From positions 50,654,001 to 50,718,000 of the forward strand of contig OX597826.1 of NCBI GenBank assembly GCA_951406725.2: DNA of 64,000 bases, written 5' to 3'. The position numbers were made by a program, and so were the translations under genes. Source of the stretch: Octopus vulgaris (Eukaryota). Below are positions 29,422 to 41,432 of the stretch, piece after piece. The first letter of the stretch is position 1. Every line of letters begins with the position of its first letter. The notes under the pieces were generated by a model. That model made no database searches and had not been told where the DNA came from. It saw only the letters and a program-made list of their open reading frames with translations.

Positions 29422-29565
29422 TTTAAAAGGACCAGAAATATAACAAAATATAACTCAGAGTTTCATGTTCCCATTCATCGGTCAGTTTTGTTAACAAAAC
29501 TGTCCAACAGATGGGAACGTGAAACTCTGAGTAACAGCTTTTGTTATATTTCTGCTCCTTTTAAA
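29422..29565. repeat. Palindromic fold-back element with two head-to-head hammerhead-like cores
   Basis: Arms TTTAAAAGGACCAGAAATATAACAAAA / TTTTGTTATATTTCTGCTCCTTTTAAA centred on GTTAAC. Confidence 0.75.
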
Positions 29566-29645
29566 TAAAGCATATTACTCTACCTCTGGTATTTGAGTAC
29601 TCTTTTTGCCACCTTGTTTCACATTTATGTGCTTACTCCAGTATG

Positions 29646-29683
<38 letters not shown>

Positions 29684-29733
29684 TTAAAATTAAGGATAAA
29701 ATCTATATGTGATTTTATCAGGTAATTAGCTAT

Positions 29734-30046
29734 ATAAACTATATTAAGGGCAACCGGTGAGTGTTTCATCAGGCCAGCTCACATGCTAAAAGAAAATGCC
29801 AAATGGCGCTAAACTACCTTGAGTATCATATAAATGTGCACTGAAAGCGAGGGATTAAATTAAAAAAGATTTATGAAGAGGTTTAGTTATGTATCAATTG
29901 ATTTCAGGATTATAGACGAATACCCATTTTCTTTCCTCAGTGTATGTTTGGGATATTTAAGGTAGTTTAGCGCCATTTGGTGACTTCTTTTAGCATATGG
30001 CCTGGCATGTTGAAATATTCACCAGTTACCCTTAATATAGCTTTAT
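29734..30046. repeat. Inverted-repeat (fold-back) element
   Basis: Arms CTATATTAAGGGCAAC...CCAAATGGCGCTAAACTACCTT and AAGGTAGTTTAGCGCCATTTGG...GTTACCCTTAATATAG. Confidence 0.75.
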
Positions 30047-30066
30047 AATTATACTTATAAAATTAT

Positions 30067-30136
<70 letters not shown>

Positions 30137-31235
30137 AATAAACACACATACTCACACAAATATATATATGTATACATATATGTATGAACTGAACTGGCAC
30201 TGTCAGTTATGATGACGAGTGTTCCACTTGATCCAATTAACTGAAAAGCCTGCTTATGAAATTAATACGTAAGTGGCTGAGCACTCCACAGACAAGTGTA
30301 GCCTTAATGCAGTTTTCAAGGAGATTCAGTATGACAAAGAATGTGACAAGGCCAGCCCCTTTGAATTACAGGTACGATACATTTTTGCCAGCTGAGTGGG
30401 CTGGAGCAATATGAAATAAAGTGTCTTGCTCAAGGACACCTCATGACACCAGGTATTGAACTCATGATCTTACAGTCACGAGCCAAATGCACAAATCATT
30501 AAGTCATGCAACTTCATACATATATGTAAATGCATACATACATACACATATTCGAAACGGAGACAGATTTCCAACAATTTAAAGTGGAATGCATAATAAT
30601 TGCAATGTATCACATGAAACCAATGATAGTATTGTAAATCCTTAAATTATATATATGTATATATATATATATATGTCTTTTACTTGTTTCAGTCATTTGA
30701 CTGTGGCCATGCTAAAGCACTGCCTTTCGCCAAGCTAATCGAACCGCTAAGTAACAGGGATGTAAACTCACTAACATCGGTTGTCAAGTGATGGTGGTGG
30801 GGGGTCAAACACATGCACACAAATATATATATATATATAAAAATTAAATTAGAGATAAAACCACTATTAGGCAAATCAAACAGTGAAAAACATAAACCAA
30901 AACATAGAAATAAAATTAATTCATATAAAATACAAAATATATAAAATTGAAAATTTAAATAATTTAAATTTAAAGTTAAAAATTTAAAATTATTAATTTA
31001 TATATATATATATATATATGATGGGCTTCTTTCAATTTCCATCTACCAAATCCTCTCACAAGGCTTTGGTTGGCCCAAGGCTATAGTAGAAGACACTTGC
31101 TGAAGGTGACATGCAGTGGGACTGAACCCAGAACTATGTGGTTAGGAAGCAAGCTTCTTACCACACAACCATGGCTGTGCCTATATATGTATATATACAC
31201 CTATATATGTATATATATGTATATATATATGTATA

Positions 31236-31285
<50 letters not shown>

Positions 31286-31934
31286 CAACCATGCCTGCTC
31301 CTATATATGTATATATATACACACACACACATACAAAGACAAAAATATATTGATGCATACTTATACACACAAGCACTTATGTGTACACACAAACACCCTA
31401 CCATCACACACATCCCCACCCTTCTCACTCCTCCCCCCACCAAACATACCTAATTCTGTAATGTTACAACCTTGTGTCATTGTCCTAGTGTGTGTGTGTG
31501 TTTCTTTTTGTTGCTTTTGTTGGGGATTTTTTTTTTTCAGTTGTTTAATATTTCCCAAATCTTGTTTCTTTCATTGATCATCAATAAATACTGTTGGAAG
31601 GGGAATTTTTGTTTTATATTTTTTGCTTGTTTTTATTTCTCTTCCTCCACCCTCACCTTTTTCCAGTTTTTATTTTAGTTATCCATTTACTTATTTCTCA
31701 ACTGTTCATAGGTATTTTCCTCTTAATCAGTGGTTCAATTCATTTGGTTTATTTGTTTCATGTCATCAATTATTGTTAGCATAGGATATGTGTAGTGGTA
31801 TGGTTAGAAGTTTGCTTTCCCAAGCACATGGTCCAGTTCTACTGCTTGACACCTTGGACAAATCTCTTCTGCTATAACCTCAGGCTGACCAAAGCCTTGT
31901 CAGTATATTTAGTTGACAGAAACTGAAAGAAACT

Positions 31935-31970
<36 letters not shown>

Positions 31971-31972
<2 letters not shown>

Positions 31973-32340
31973 GTAAATCCTTGAGTATAAATCCGCATTT
32001 TTTTCCCAAAATTTAACGGTCAAAATCCTTAGTGCATACTATATACGAGGTTAAAAATGAAAACTATTTTCTCAGCAATGTCCAAGTCTCCATTTGCTGT
32101 CTGGCAATGTTTATTCAGTTGCATTTTGTGATGTCGGGTGCGAAAATACCTTAAGCTAAGCCTGAAAGCAATGAAGTCATAAAAGAATCATCCATAACTT
32201 GCATTAAGCAACATTTATTAAAATAAAAGTATTCAGAACACAGAATAACATGTAACAAACACAATTTGCAAACATATTTACATTCCCAAATTACAGTTAA
32301 GAACATCACCATTATTGTATTACGCATGCACGGAAGTGTT
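31971..32340. mobile_element. pogo/Tigger-like MITE fragment, one end only
   Basis: TA-CCGTAAATCCTTGAGTATAA terminus after a (TA)n run; other TIR not found. Confidence 0.45.
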
Positions 32341-32884
32341 TGTTCGACTAGGTGCTACAGGTGAGGGTTGGTGACAGAAAGGGTATCTAGCCATAAGAAA
32401 TCTGCCTCATCAAATTCCGTTTGACTCATGCCAAGCATAGAAAAGAGGACATTAAAATGAGTCTAGCAGAAATTGCACCAATAATGATTACTTTCCAACT
32501 TAAAAATAAATTCTTCACCAGAAACCCCAAATGTACCCCTAGAATTCTAACATTTCTCTCAGGTTAGGAATTGTTGACCTAAACATATATCAACATGGTT
32601 GTAGTAAGACTTGAACCCACAACCTGTTAATTAACAATCTATATGTGTTATATAGAGACTTCTGGTATCAGTATAAGACTAGAAATTTGTGAGTGCTATA
32701 ATTAATTGTATTAACCTCATTATACAGCTGATATTTATTTTGCTAACCCAGAAGGCAAAGTCAACTTTATAAAAGGATACCAGGTATTTAGTCTAGCACT
32801 CTACTGTTTGTGCCAATCCACAAGCCTCTGTGATTGTAGAATAGAAAACAATGTTTCCAGTAACCTGAAGGTATAAAAAGCTGG

Positions 32885-33116
32885 AAGGCGGCGAGCTGGC
32901 AGAAACGTTAGCACGCCGGGCAAAATGCTTAGCGGTATTTTGTCTGCCACTACGTTCTGAGTTCAAATTCCGCAGAGGTCGACTTTGCCTTTCATCCTTT
33001 CGGGGTCGATTAAATAAGTACCAGTTATGCACTGGAGTCAATGTAATCGACTTAATCCGTTTGTCTGTCCTTGTTTGTCCCCTCTGTGTGTAGCTCCTTG
33101 TGGTCAGTAAAGAAAT
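32885..33116 (+). mobile_element. Young tRNA-derived SINE with 16-bp TSD
   Basis: TSD AGGTATAAAAAGCTGG at 32869-32884 and 33117-33132; CpG-retaining body; same family as 14768, 60760-60985(-) and 62660-62890(-). Confidence 0.85.
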
Positions 33117-33288
33117 AGGTATAAAAAGCTGGTGTTTTTAAGACCCAATATAAAAAGACAGGGTGGATGTAAATGCTAGATGTCATTCCATCAATCATAC
33201 TATACACTTAGACAAGCAATCTGTCAACAGACAAGTCTGTAGTTTTCTTTAAATGATGCTACTGGTCTTACATCCCCAGCTAGAAGTA

Positions 33289-36200
33289 GCAACTAGATCT
33301 CCCTCAATCACAGTGTACTGGCTTAAATAAAGAACGATACAATGAACAGAATATCAAAATATCATTATCCAACAGATGGTTTCCCTAATGTTCTGGTGAA
33401 GGTGAGGAAAGTACCCATTTATAGTTGGTCCCAGTCCCCATCCACCCTGTCATAAGTTGAACACCTCTGATGATAGCTTTGTTCAATCAGAACTGACTTT
33501 GGGTGGAGTAAACAACATGTAGGACCCATCAACTGAGGACTTAAAACATTCTAAATGCCATAAATTAATGATAGATCCATTGGAAAGCTAAAACAAACTA
33601 GAATGTTGTTCACAAAAATACATTATATAAACTATAAAAACTCCAAATGATTTAATCTGGTATTTTACCTCTACTACTACTACTACTACTATTATCACCA
33701 CCACCACCACCTCAATCTCCCAGGGCCATTTTAGCAGCATTAAAAACTCCTTGGCAAATCAGTGCACTGGGCCCTATAATATGTATTTATTGAAAGCTAC
33801 AACATATATAGATTAAAATTCCCCCTAGACCTGTGAGGCTACTAGGCAACTACTCAGTATACTCATGCCTGGAGATAGCACTACCGCCACTACCCCATCT
33901 GCTACTACTTTTGGCAATAAATATTTTTTAGTCTGAAATATTAAAAGGTTTCTTGTTGACTGTCAACAACAATTATTTTTTTTTGCTCTGAAGAAATTTA
34001 ATTTATTAATTAATTAAATAAAATCAAAGATAAATCAAAGTAAATTCAGTATCACAAAGGATGTTGTTCATCTTAATTCTTTTGAAACCAACCCACCCAA
34101 GGCTATCACCTCTGGCTTCATAGTACAATGCACTAATCTTTAAAGGTTTCATATGAGAATTAAAAAAGTTTTCTGTTATAATTTTATGTAAGAATTTTAA
34201 TTTTAGTTTCATTACAAATACCAACTTAATAATTGTTTCTGATAAAGATACAGGACCAGAAAGTTATGGGAGAGAGGGCTAGATGATCACCCTCCCTCCC
34301 ACCCAGTATTTTGACTGGTACTTTATTTTATTGACTGTGGGAGGATGAAAGGCATAAATGACATTCGCAACATTTGAACTCAGAACATAAAATGCCACAA
34401 CTAAATGCTGCAAATCATTTTGTCCAATACCCAAACAATTCTGCCAACCTATCACCCTGATGTAAAAGTAAATGATATTTAGTCTGATGATCTACTGACA
34501 TGATGGCAATGTTTAATAGTTCATTAAGCATTTAATTATTTTGAAAATTAAATTAAGCCATGGATAGTTTATGTTGTGAGAAATATGGCCACAAAAGGTT
34601 TAATCAAAATATGACATTGTAATTTCTTTCCTGTCATATTGTTGCTTTGTCCCAGGTGAGGTTTGATCAAGCAGACCTATGAACTATCAAAGACATTCCA
34701 GTTGTGACCATCTCATCTTGTTTATATATCCAAGACTACACTGTCCAATGTATTATTACCTTTCATTCTTCTGGAGGTCTAACTTCATTTATAATATTTT
34801 TTAAGATGGTAAGGTATGGTCTGAAAGATATATGGCTCCCTAGATTGGTAGTTAGCTCCAAGTTAGCCCAGATTGAACAGACCATGATAAAAGACATTCC
34901 AGTCCTTGTTTATTTATGTTTGTTGGCTAACATAAAATATCTGGGATTACATTATCCAGTGAGTGAGAGCTTCTATGTGGTGACTCAATCTGCTTGACAT
35001 AACAGCTAAATATCTCTCACCTCTCATCCTGCCATGATTTTCTTGTAGATGTTAATACATAGATGTTTAAACTTATTGATGTCCCCAGTTCAGGAGGACC
35101 AACATTTAAAGATGCAACCCTTTCTCTCTAGACTCACCACTAGAAAAATTACTTTCTAAGACATTAAAAGACATTCGATTTTAGTTGCCTTTCTTTTATA
35201 TTTTTGTTTAACTGTAGAAGAAAATGGAATGTTCTTAGCTTTTGAAGAACTTTATAGACTGAAATAAAACTGAGTGTGATTGTTGTAACGATGTGAAAAT
35301 TGAACTTTTGGTTTGGGCAAGGTGAGAGAGAGTTCCAGAGAAGTTCAAGATGGAAGAAAGTGGGATTAAGTAAAAATGTTGGCATGAAAGATAGTCAAGA
35401 AGATGTCAGACACAGTGATATAAATTTATTCTTTGGTGGCATTGCGCTAATTATTATTATGATTATTATTAATATTATTATCATTAATGATTGACAAATG
35501 ATCAAAATAAAATATTTTAAAATTTTTTCCAAGAATTATAATGCAATGTCCCAGAATGACCATAGCTGTGATGACTTAACTGACAAAATGAACAAAGATT
35601 ACATAATAATTTTGCTATTTACTTACTGCAAAATTTTTTTTTTTTCTTTTTGATCTTTTTATTTTTCATTCCTGACAATTTGGGATATCCTTTGAAAAAT
35701 AAAAGATTAAAATCATGGCAAAAATATTTCCAAACTATTTATTTTTAATTTTTTGCAATTCTGAAGAAGAAAATTATTTTGCATGGATTGTGGTTATATT
35801 GCAACAGGCAAAGACAAAATAAAAAAAAAACTGTCCAAGAAAAAAAATCTGTCCTCATTAGCTTCAAAACATACTGAAAAATTATTTTTAAAATCAACTG
35901 CTTTTTCATTATCAGTTTTTTCTAAATAAATTAAAATATTAATCTTACAATGCTTTTGTTTTAAATATTTATTTTTAAAATGTTCTCATGTCTTCAACGT
36001 TTTGTTTCTTACTTTCACTAAATAAATGGTAAATCAAGGACTTTTAGCTGCCATAAGTCACAATCAAAACCTTGTTCCATCTATGACACCACCACACTCA
36101 CGTTCACTCATATCTCAACACTGATGAAATGTTGGTATTTAGAAAATGTGCTGAAAATTATGAACGAAATTTGAGCTTCATGCATGTGTTTTTTGTTTTA

Positions 36201-36313
36201 TTTTTCCAGTTTCACTGGTTTCCTCATATTGTAGGAGAGAGAGAGAGGAGAAATGTTATTAACATACTGATATTTGAACTCTAAAAAAAAAAAGAACAAT
36301 TTTAACTCCAGTA
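33289..36313 (+). repeat. 3 kb direct duplication, copy 1
   Basis: Collinear with 41433-45885 from GCAACTAGATCTCCC to TAACTCCAGTA, with scattered substitutions and indels. Confidence 0.95.
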
Positions 36314-39300
36314 TGAACGTGTGAGTGCGCATACGCGTACATGTGCGTGCGCATGCGCGAACGTGTGAGTGCGCATGCGCAAACGTATGCTTACGTATGC
36401 GCGAACGTTTGCTTGGGCATGCGCGAAAGTGTGCGTGCAAACGCGCGAACGTATTACTACGCATGTGCTAACGCGTGACTGCGCATTCGCGAAAGTGTGA
36501 CAGTGCATGCGCGAATGTGTGAATTTCGGGCAAAATTTTCCAAAAATTTTAGTGAAAAGTTTTCGGTCAAAATTTTCCAAATATTTTTCTGCAATATTTT
36601 CGGTGAAAATTTACCAAAAATTTTTGAGGAAAATTTTTGAAAATTTTCGAAAAATTTTCGGATAATTTTCGTCAAAATTTTCCAAAATTTTTCTGCAATT
36701 TTTCAAAAAAAAATTTTTGGAGAAAACTTTCGGTGAAACTTTTCGAAAAATTTTCCGGACAAAATTTTGGGGATAATTTTCAATGAAAATTTTCGAAAAC
36801 TTTTTGTGAAAAATATTCGGTCAAAATTTTCCAAATATTTTCCTGCAATATTTTCGGTCAAAATTTTACAAAAATTTTTGGGGAAAATTTTTCAAAAAAA
36901 TTTTCGGTGAGCGTGTGCGTGCGCATGCGCGAAAATGTGACTGCGCACGCGCGAATGTGTCACTGCGCATGCGCGAAAGTGTGACTGCGCATGCGCGAAA
37001 ATGTGACTGCGCATGCGCGAGAGTGTGACTGCGCATGCGCGAATTTGTGACTGCGCATGCGCAAACGTGTGATTGCGCGTGCGCGATGTTGTGACTGCGC
37101 ATGCGCGAATGTTTGACTGCGCATGCGTAAAAATGTGACTGCGCATGCGCGAAAGTGTGACTGCGCATGCGCGAAAGTGTGACTGCGCATGCACGAAAAT
37201 GTGACTGCGCACGCGCGAAAATGTGACAGCGCATGCGCGAGAGTGTGACTGCGCATGCGCGAATATGTGACCATGCGCGAATGTGTCACTGCGCATGCGC
37301 GAGATTGTGACTGCGCATGCGCGAATGTGTGACTACGCATGCGCGAAGGTGTGACTACGCATGCGCGAAAGGTCTGACTGCGCATGCGCGAAAGTTTGAT
37401 TGCGCCTGCGCATGCGCGAAAGTGTGAAAATTGTCGAAAAAATTTTCGTGGAAATTTTTGGGGAAAATTTTCAATGAAAATTTTCGAAAAATTTCGGGCA
37501 AAATTTTCCAAAAATTTTAGTGAAAAGTTTTCGGTCAAAATTTTCCAAATATTTTTCTGCAATATTTTCGGTGAAAATTTACCAAAAATTTTTGAGGAAA
37601 ATTTTTGGGGATAATTTTCAATGAAAATTTTCGAAAAATTTTCGCTCAAAATTTTCCAAATATTTTTCTGCAATATTTTGGTGAAAATTTTCAACAAATT
37701 TTTCGAGAAAACTTTCGGTGAAAATTTTCGAAAAATTTTCCGGACAAAATTTTGGGGATAATTTTCAATGAAAATTTTCGAAAAATTTTTGTGAAAAATT
37801 TTCGAAAAATTTTTGTGAAAAATATTCGTTCAAAATTTTCCAAATATTTTCCTGCAATATTTTCGGTGAAAATTTTACAAAAATTTTGGGGAAAATTTTT
37901 CAAAAAAAATTTTCGGTGAGCGTGTGCACGCGTATGCGCGAAAATGTGACTACGCACGCGCGAATGTGTCACTGCGCATGCGCGAAATTGTGACTGCGCA
38001 TGCGCAAAAGTGTGACTGCGCATGCGGCAAGGTCTGACTGCGCATGCGCGAGAGGGTGACTGCGCATGCGCGAGAGGGTGACTGCGCATGCGCGAGAGGG
38101 TGACTGCGCATGCGCGAATTTGTGACTGCGCATGCGCAAACGTGTGATTGCGCATGCGCGAATTTGTAACTGCGCATGCGCGAAGGTCTGACTGCGCATG
38201 CGCGAAGGTCTGACTGCGCATGCGCGAATGTTTGACTGCGCATGCGCGACCGTGTGACTGCGCATGCGCGAAAGTGTGAAAATTTTTGGGTGAAAATTTT
38301 CGAAAAATTTCCGGGGAAAATTTTTGGGGAAAATTTTCAATGAAAATTTTCGAAAAATTTTCGGGCAAAATTTTCCAAAAATTTTAGTGAAAAGTTTTCG
38401 GTCAAAATTTTCCAAATATTTTTCTGCAATATTTTCGGTGAAAATTTTCAAAAAATTTTTGGAGAAAACTTTCGGTGAAAATTTTCGAAAAATTTTCCAG
38501 ACAAAATTTTGGGGATAATTTTCAATGAAAATTTTCGAAAAATTTTTGTGAAAAATATTCGTTCAAAATTTTCCAAATATTTTCCTGCAATATTTTCGGT
38601 GAAAATTTTACAAAAAAAATTTTTCAAAAAAATTTTCGGTGAGCGTGTGAGTGCGCATGCGCGAAAATGTGACTGCGCACGCGCGAATGTGTCACTGCGC
38701 ATGCGCAAAAGTGCGCGAATGTCTGCGTGGGCTGCGCATGCGCGAATGTCTGCGTGGGCATGCGCCAAGGTCTGACTGCGCATGCGCGAAATTGTGACTG
38801 CGCATGCGCAAAAGTGTGACTGCGCATGCGCGAATGTTTGACTGCGCATGCGTGAAAATGTGACTGCGCATGCGCGAAGATCTGACTGACTGCGCATGCG
38901 CGAGTGTGACTGCGCATGCGCGAATGTGTGACTGCGCAGCATGCGCAAACGTGTGACTGCGCATGCGCGATGGTGTGACTGCGCATGCGCGAGAGTGTGA
39001 CTGCGCATGCGCGAAGGTCTGACTGCGCATGCGCGAAGGTCTGACTGCGCATGCGCGAATGTCTGCGTGCGCATGCGCCGAGGTCTGACTGCGCATGCGC
39101 GATATTGTGACTGCGCATGCGCAAAATTGTGACTGCGCATGCGCGAATGTTTGACTGCGCATGCGTAAAAATGTGACTGCGCATGCGCGAAGGTCTGACT
39201 GCGCATGCGCGAGAGTGTGACTGCGCATGCGCGAATGTGTGACTGCGCATGCGCAAACGTGTGACTGCGCATGCGCGATGGTGTGACTGCGCATGCGCCA

Positions 39301-41432
39301 TGGTGTGACTGCGCATGCGCGAGAGTGTGACTGCGCATGCGCGAAGGTCTGACTGCGCATGCGCGAAGGTCTGACTGCGCATGCGCGAATGTTCTGACTG
39401 CGCATGCGCGAAGGTCTGACTGCGCATGCGCGAATGTGACTGCGCATGCGCGAACGTGTGACTGCGCACGCGCGAAAGTGTGAAAATTATTTGGGGAAAA
39501 TTTTCAATGGAAATTTTCGAAAAATTTCGGGCAAAATTTTCCAAAAATTTTAGTGAAAAGTTTTCGGTCAAAATTTTACAAATATTTTTCTGCAATATTT
39601 TCGGTGAAAATTTACCGAAAATTTTTGGTGATAATTTTGATAATTTTCGGTGAGCGTGTGCGTGCGCATGCGCGAAAATGTGACTGCGCACGCGCGAATG
39701 TGTAACAGCGCATGCGCGAAAGTGTGACTGCGCATGCGCGAATGTCTGCGTGCGCATGCGCCAAGGTCTGACTGCGCATGCGCGAAATTGTGACTGCGCA
39801 TGCGCAAAAGTGTGACTGCGCATGCGCGAATGTTTGACTGCGCATGCGTGAAAATGTGACTGCGCATGCGCGAAGATCTGACTGCGCATGCGCGAGTGTG
39901 ACTGCGCATGCGCGAATGTGTGACTGCGCATGCGCAAACGTGTGACTGCGCGTGCGCGATGGTGTGACTGCGCATGCGCGAGAGTGTGACTGCGCATGCG
40001 CGATGGTCTGACTGCGCATGCGCGAATGTCTGGCTGCGCATGCGCGAATGTTTGACTGCGCATGCGCGAATGTCTGCGTGCGCATGCGCGAAGGTCTGAC
40101 TGCGCATGCGCGAAATTGTGACTGCGCATGCGCGAATGTTTGATTGCGCATGCGTAAAAATGTGACTGCGCATGCGCGAAGGTCTGACTGCGCATGCGCG
40201 AGAGTGTGACTGCGCATGCGCGAATGTGTGACTGCGCTGCGCAACGTGTGACTGCGCATGCGCGATGGTGTGACTGCGCATGCGCGAGAGGGTGACTGCG
40301 CATGCGCGAGTGACTGCGCATGCGCGAATGCGCATGCGCATGACTGCTGCGCATGCGCGATGGTTGACTGCGCATGCGCGGAGTGTGACTGCGCATGCGC
40401 GAGGTTGACTGCGCATGCGCGAGGTTGACTGCGCATGCGCGATGGTGTGACTGCGCATGCGCGAGAGTTTGACTGCGCATGCGCGAAGGTCTGATGCATG
40501 CGCATGCGCGATGGTCTGACTGCGCATGCGCGAAGGTCTGACTGCGCATGCGCGAATGTGACTGCGCACGCGCGAAAGTGTGAAAATTTTTGGGGAAAAT
40601 TTTCAATGGAAATTTTCGAAAAATTTCGGGCAAAATTTTCCAAAAATTTTAGTGAAAAGTTTTCGGTCAAAATTTTACAAATATTTTTCTGCAATATTTT
40701 CGGTGAAAATTTACCGAAAATTTTTGAGGAAAATTTTTGGTGATAATTTTGAAAATTTTCGGTGAGCGTGTGCGTGCGCATGCGCGAAAATGTGACTGCG
40801 CACGCGCGAATGTGTCACAGAGCATGCGCGAAAGTGTGACTGCGCATGCGCGAATGTCTGCGTGCGCATGCGCCAAGGTCTGACTGCGCATGCGCGAAAT
40901 TGTGACTGCGCATGCGCAAAAGTGTGACTGCGCATGCGCGAATGTTTGATTGCGCATGCGCGAATGTGTGACTACGCATGCGCGAAAGAGTGATTGCGCA
41001 TGCGCGAACATGTGACTGCGCATGCGCGAACCTGTGACTGCGCATGTGCGAATGTTTGACTGCGCATGCGCGAACATGTGACTGCGCATGCGCGAAAGTG
41101 ACTGCGAAAGTGTGAAAATTTTCGAAAAATTTTTGTGAAAAATTTTCGATGAAAATTTTCGAAATATTTTTGGGGAAAATTTTTGGTGAATATTTTCGGT
41201 GAACGTGTGCGTGCGCATGCGCGAACGTGTTACTGCGCACGCGCGAACGTGTGACTGCGCATGCGCGAACGTGTGACTGCGCATGCGCGAAAATGCGACT
41301 GCACATGCACGAATGTGTGACTGCGCATGAGCGAAGGTCTGACTGCTCTTGCCTAAAATTGTGACTGCGCATGCGCGAAAGTGTGACTGCGCATGCGTGA
41401 TAGTGTGACTGCGCATGCTCGAATGTGTGACT
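36314..41432. repeat. Bipartite satellite: 7 GC blocks of (GTGACTGCGCATGCGCGAAN)n alternating with 6 AT blocks of (GAAAATTTTC)-like repeats
   Basis: Approximate blocks: GC 36314-36520, AT -36908, GC -37425, AT -37918, GC -38278, AT -38640, GC -39482, AT -39650, GC -40582, AT -40762, GC -41113, AT -41200, GC -41432; block junctions are conserved. Confidence 0.95.

Noticed and set aside
36314-41432. CRISPR array
   Set aside because: Inter-core sequences are ~9-bp related variants, not unique spacers; eukaryotic context and no cas genes.
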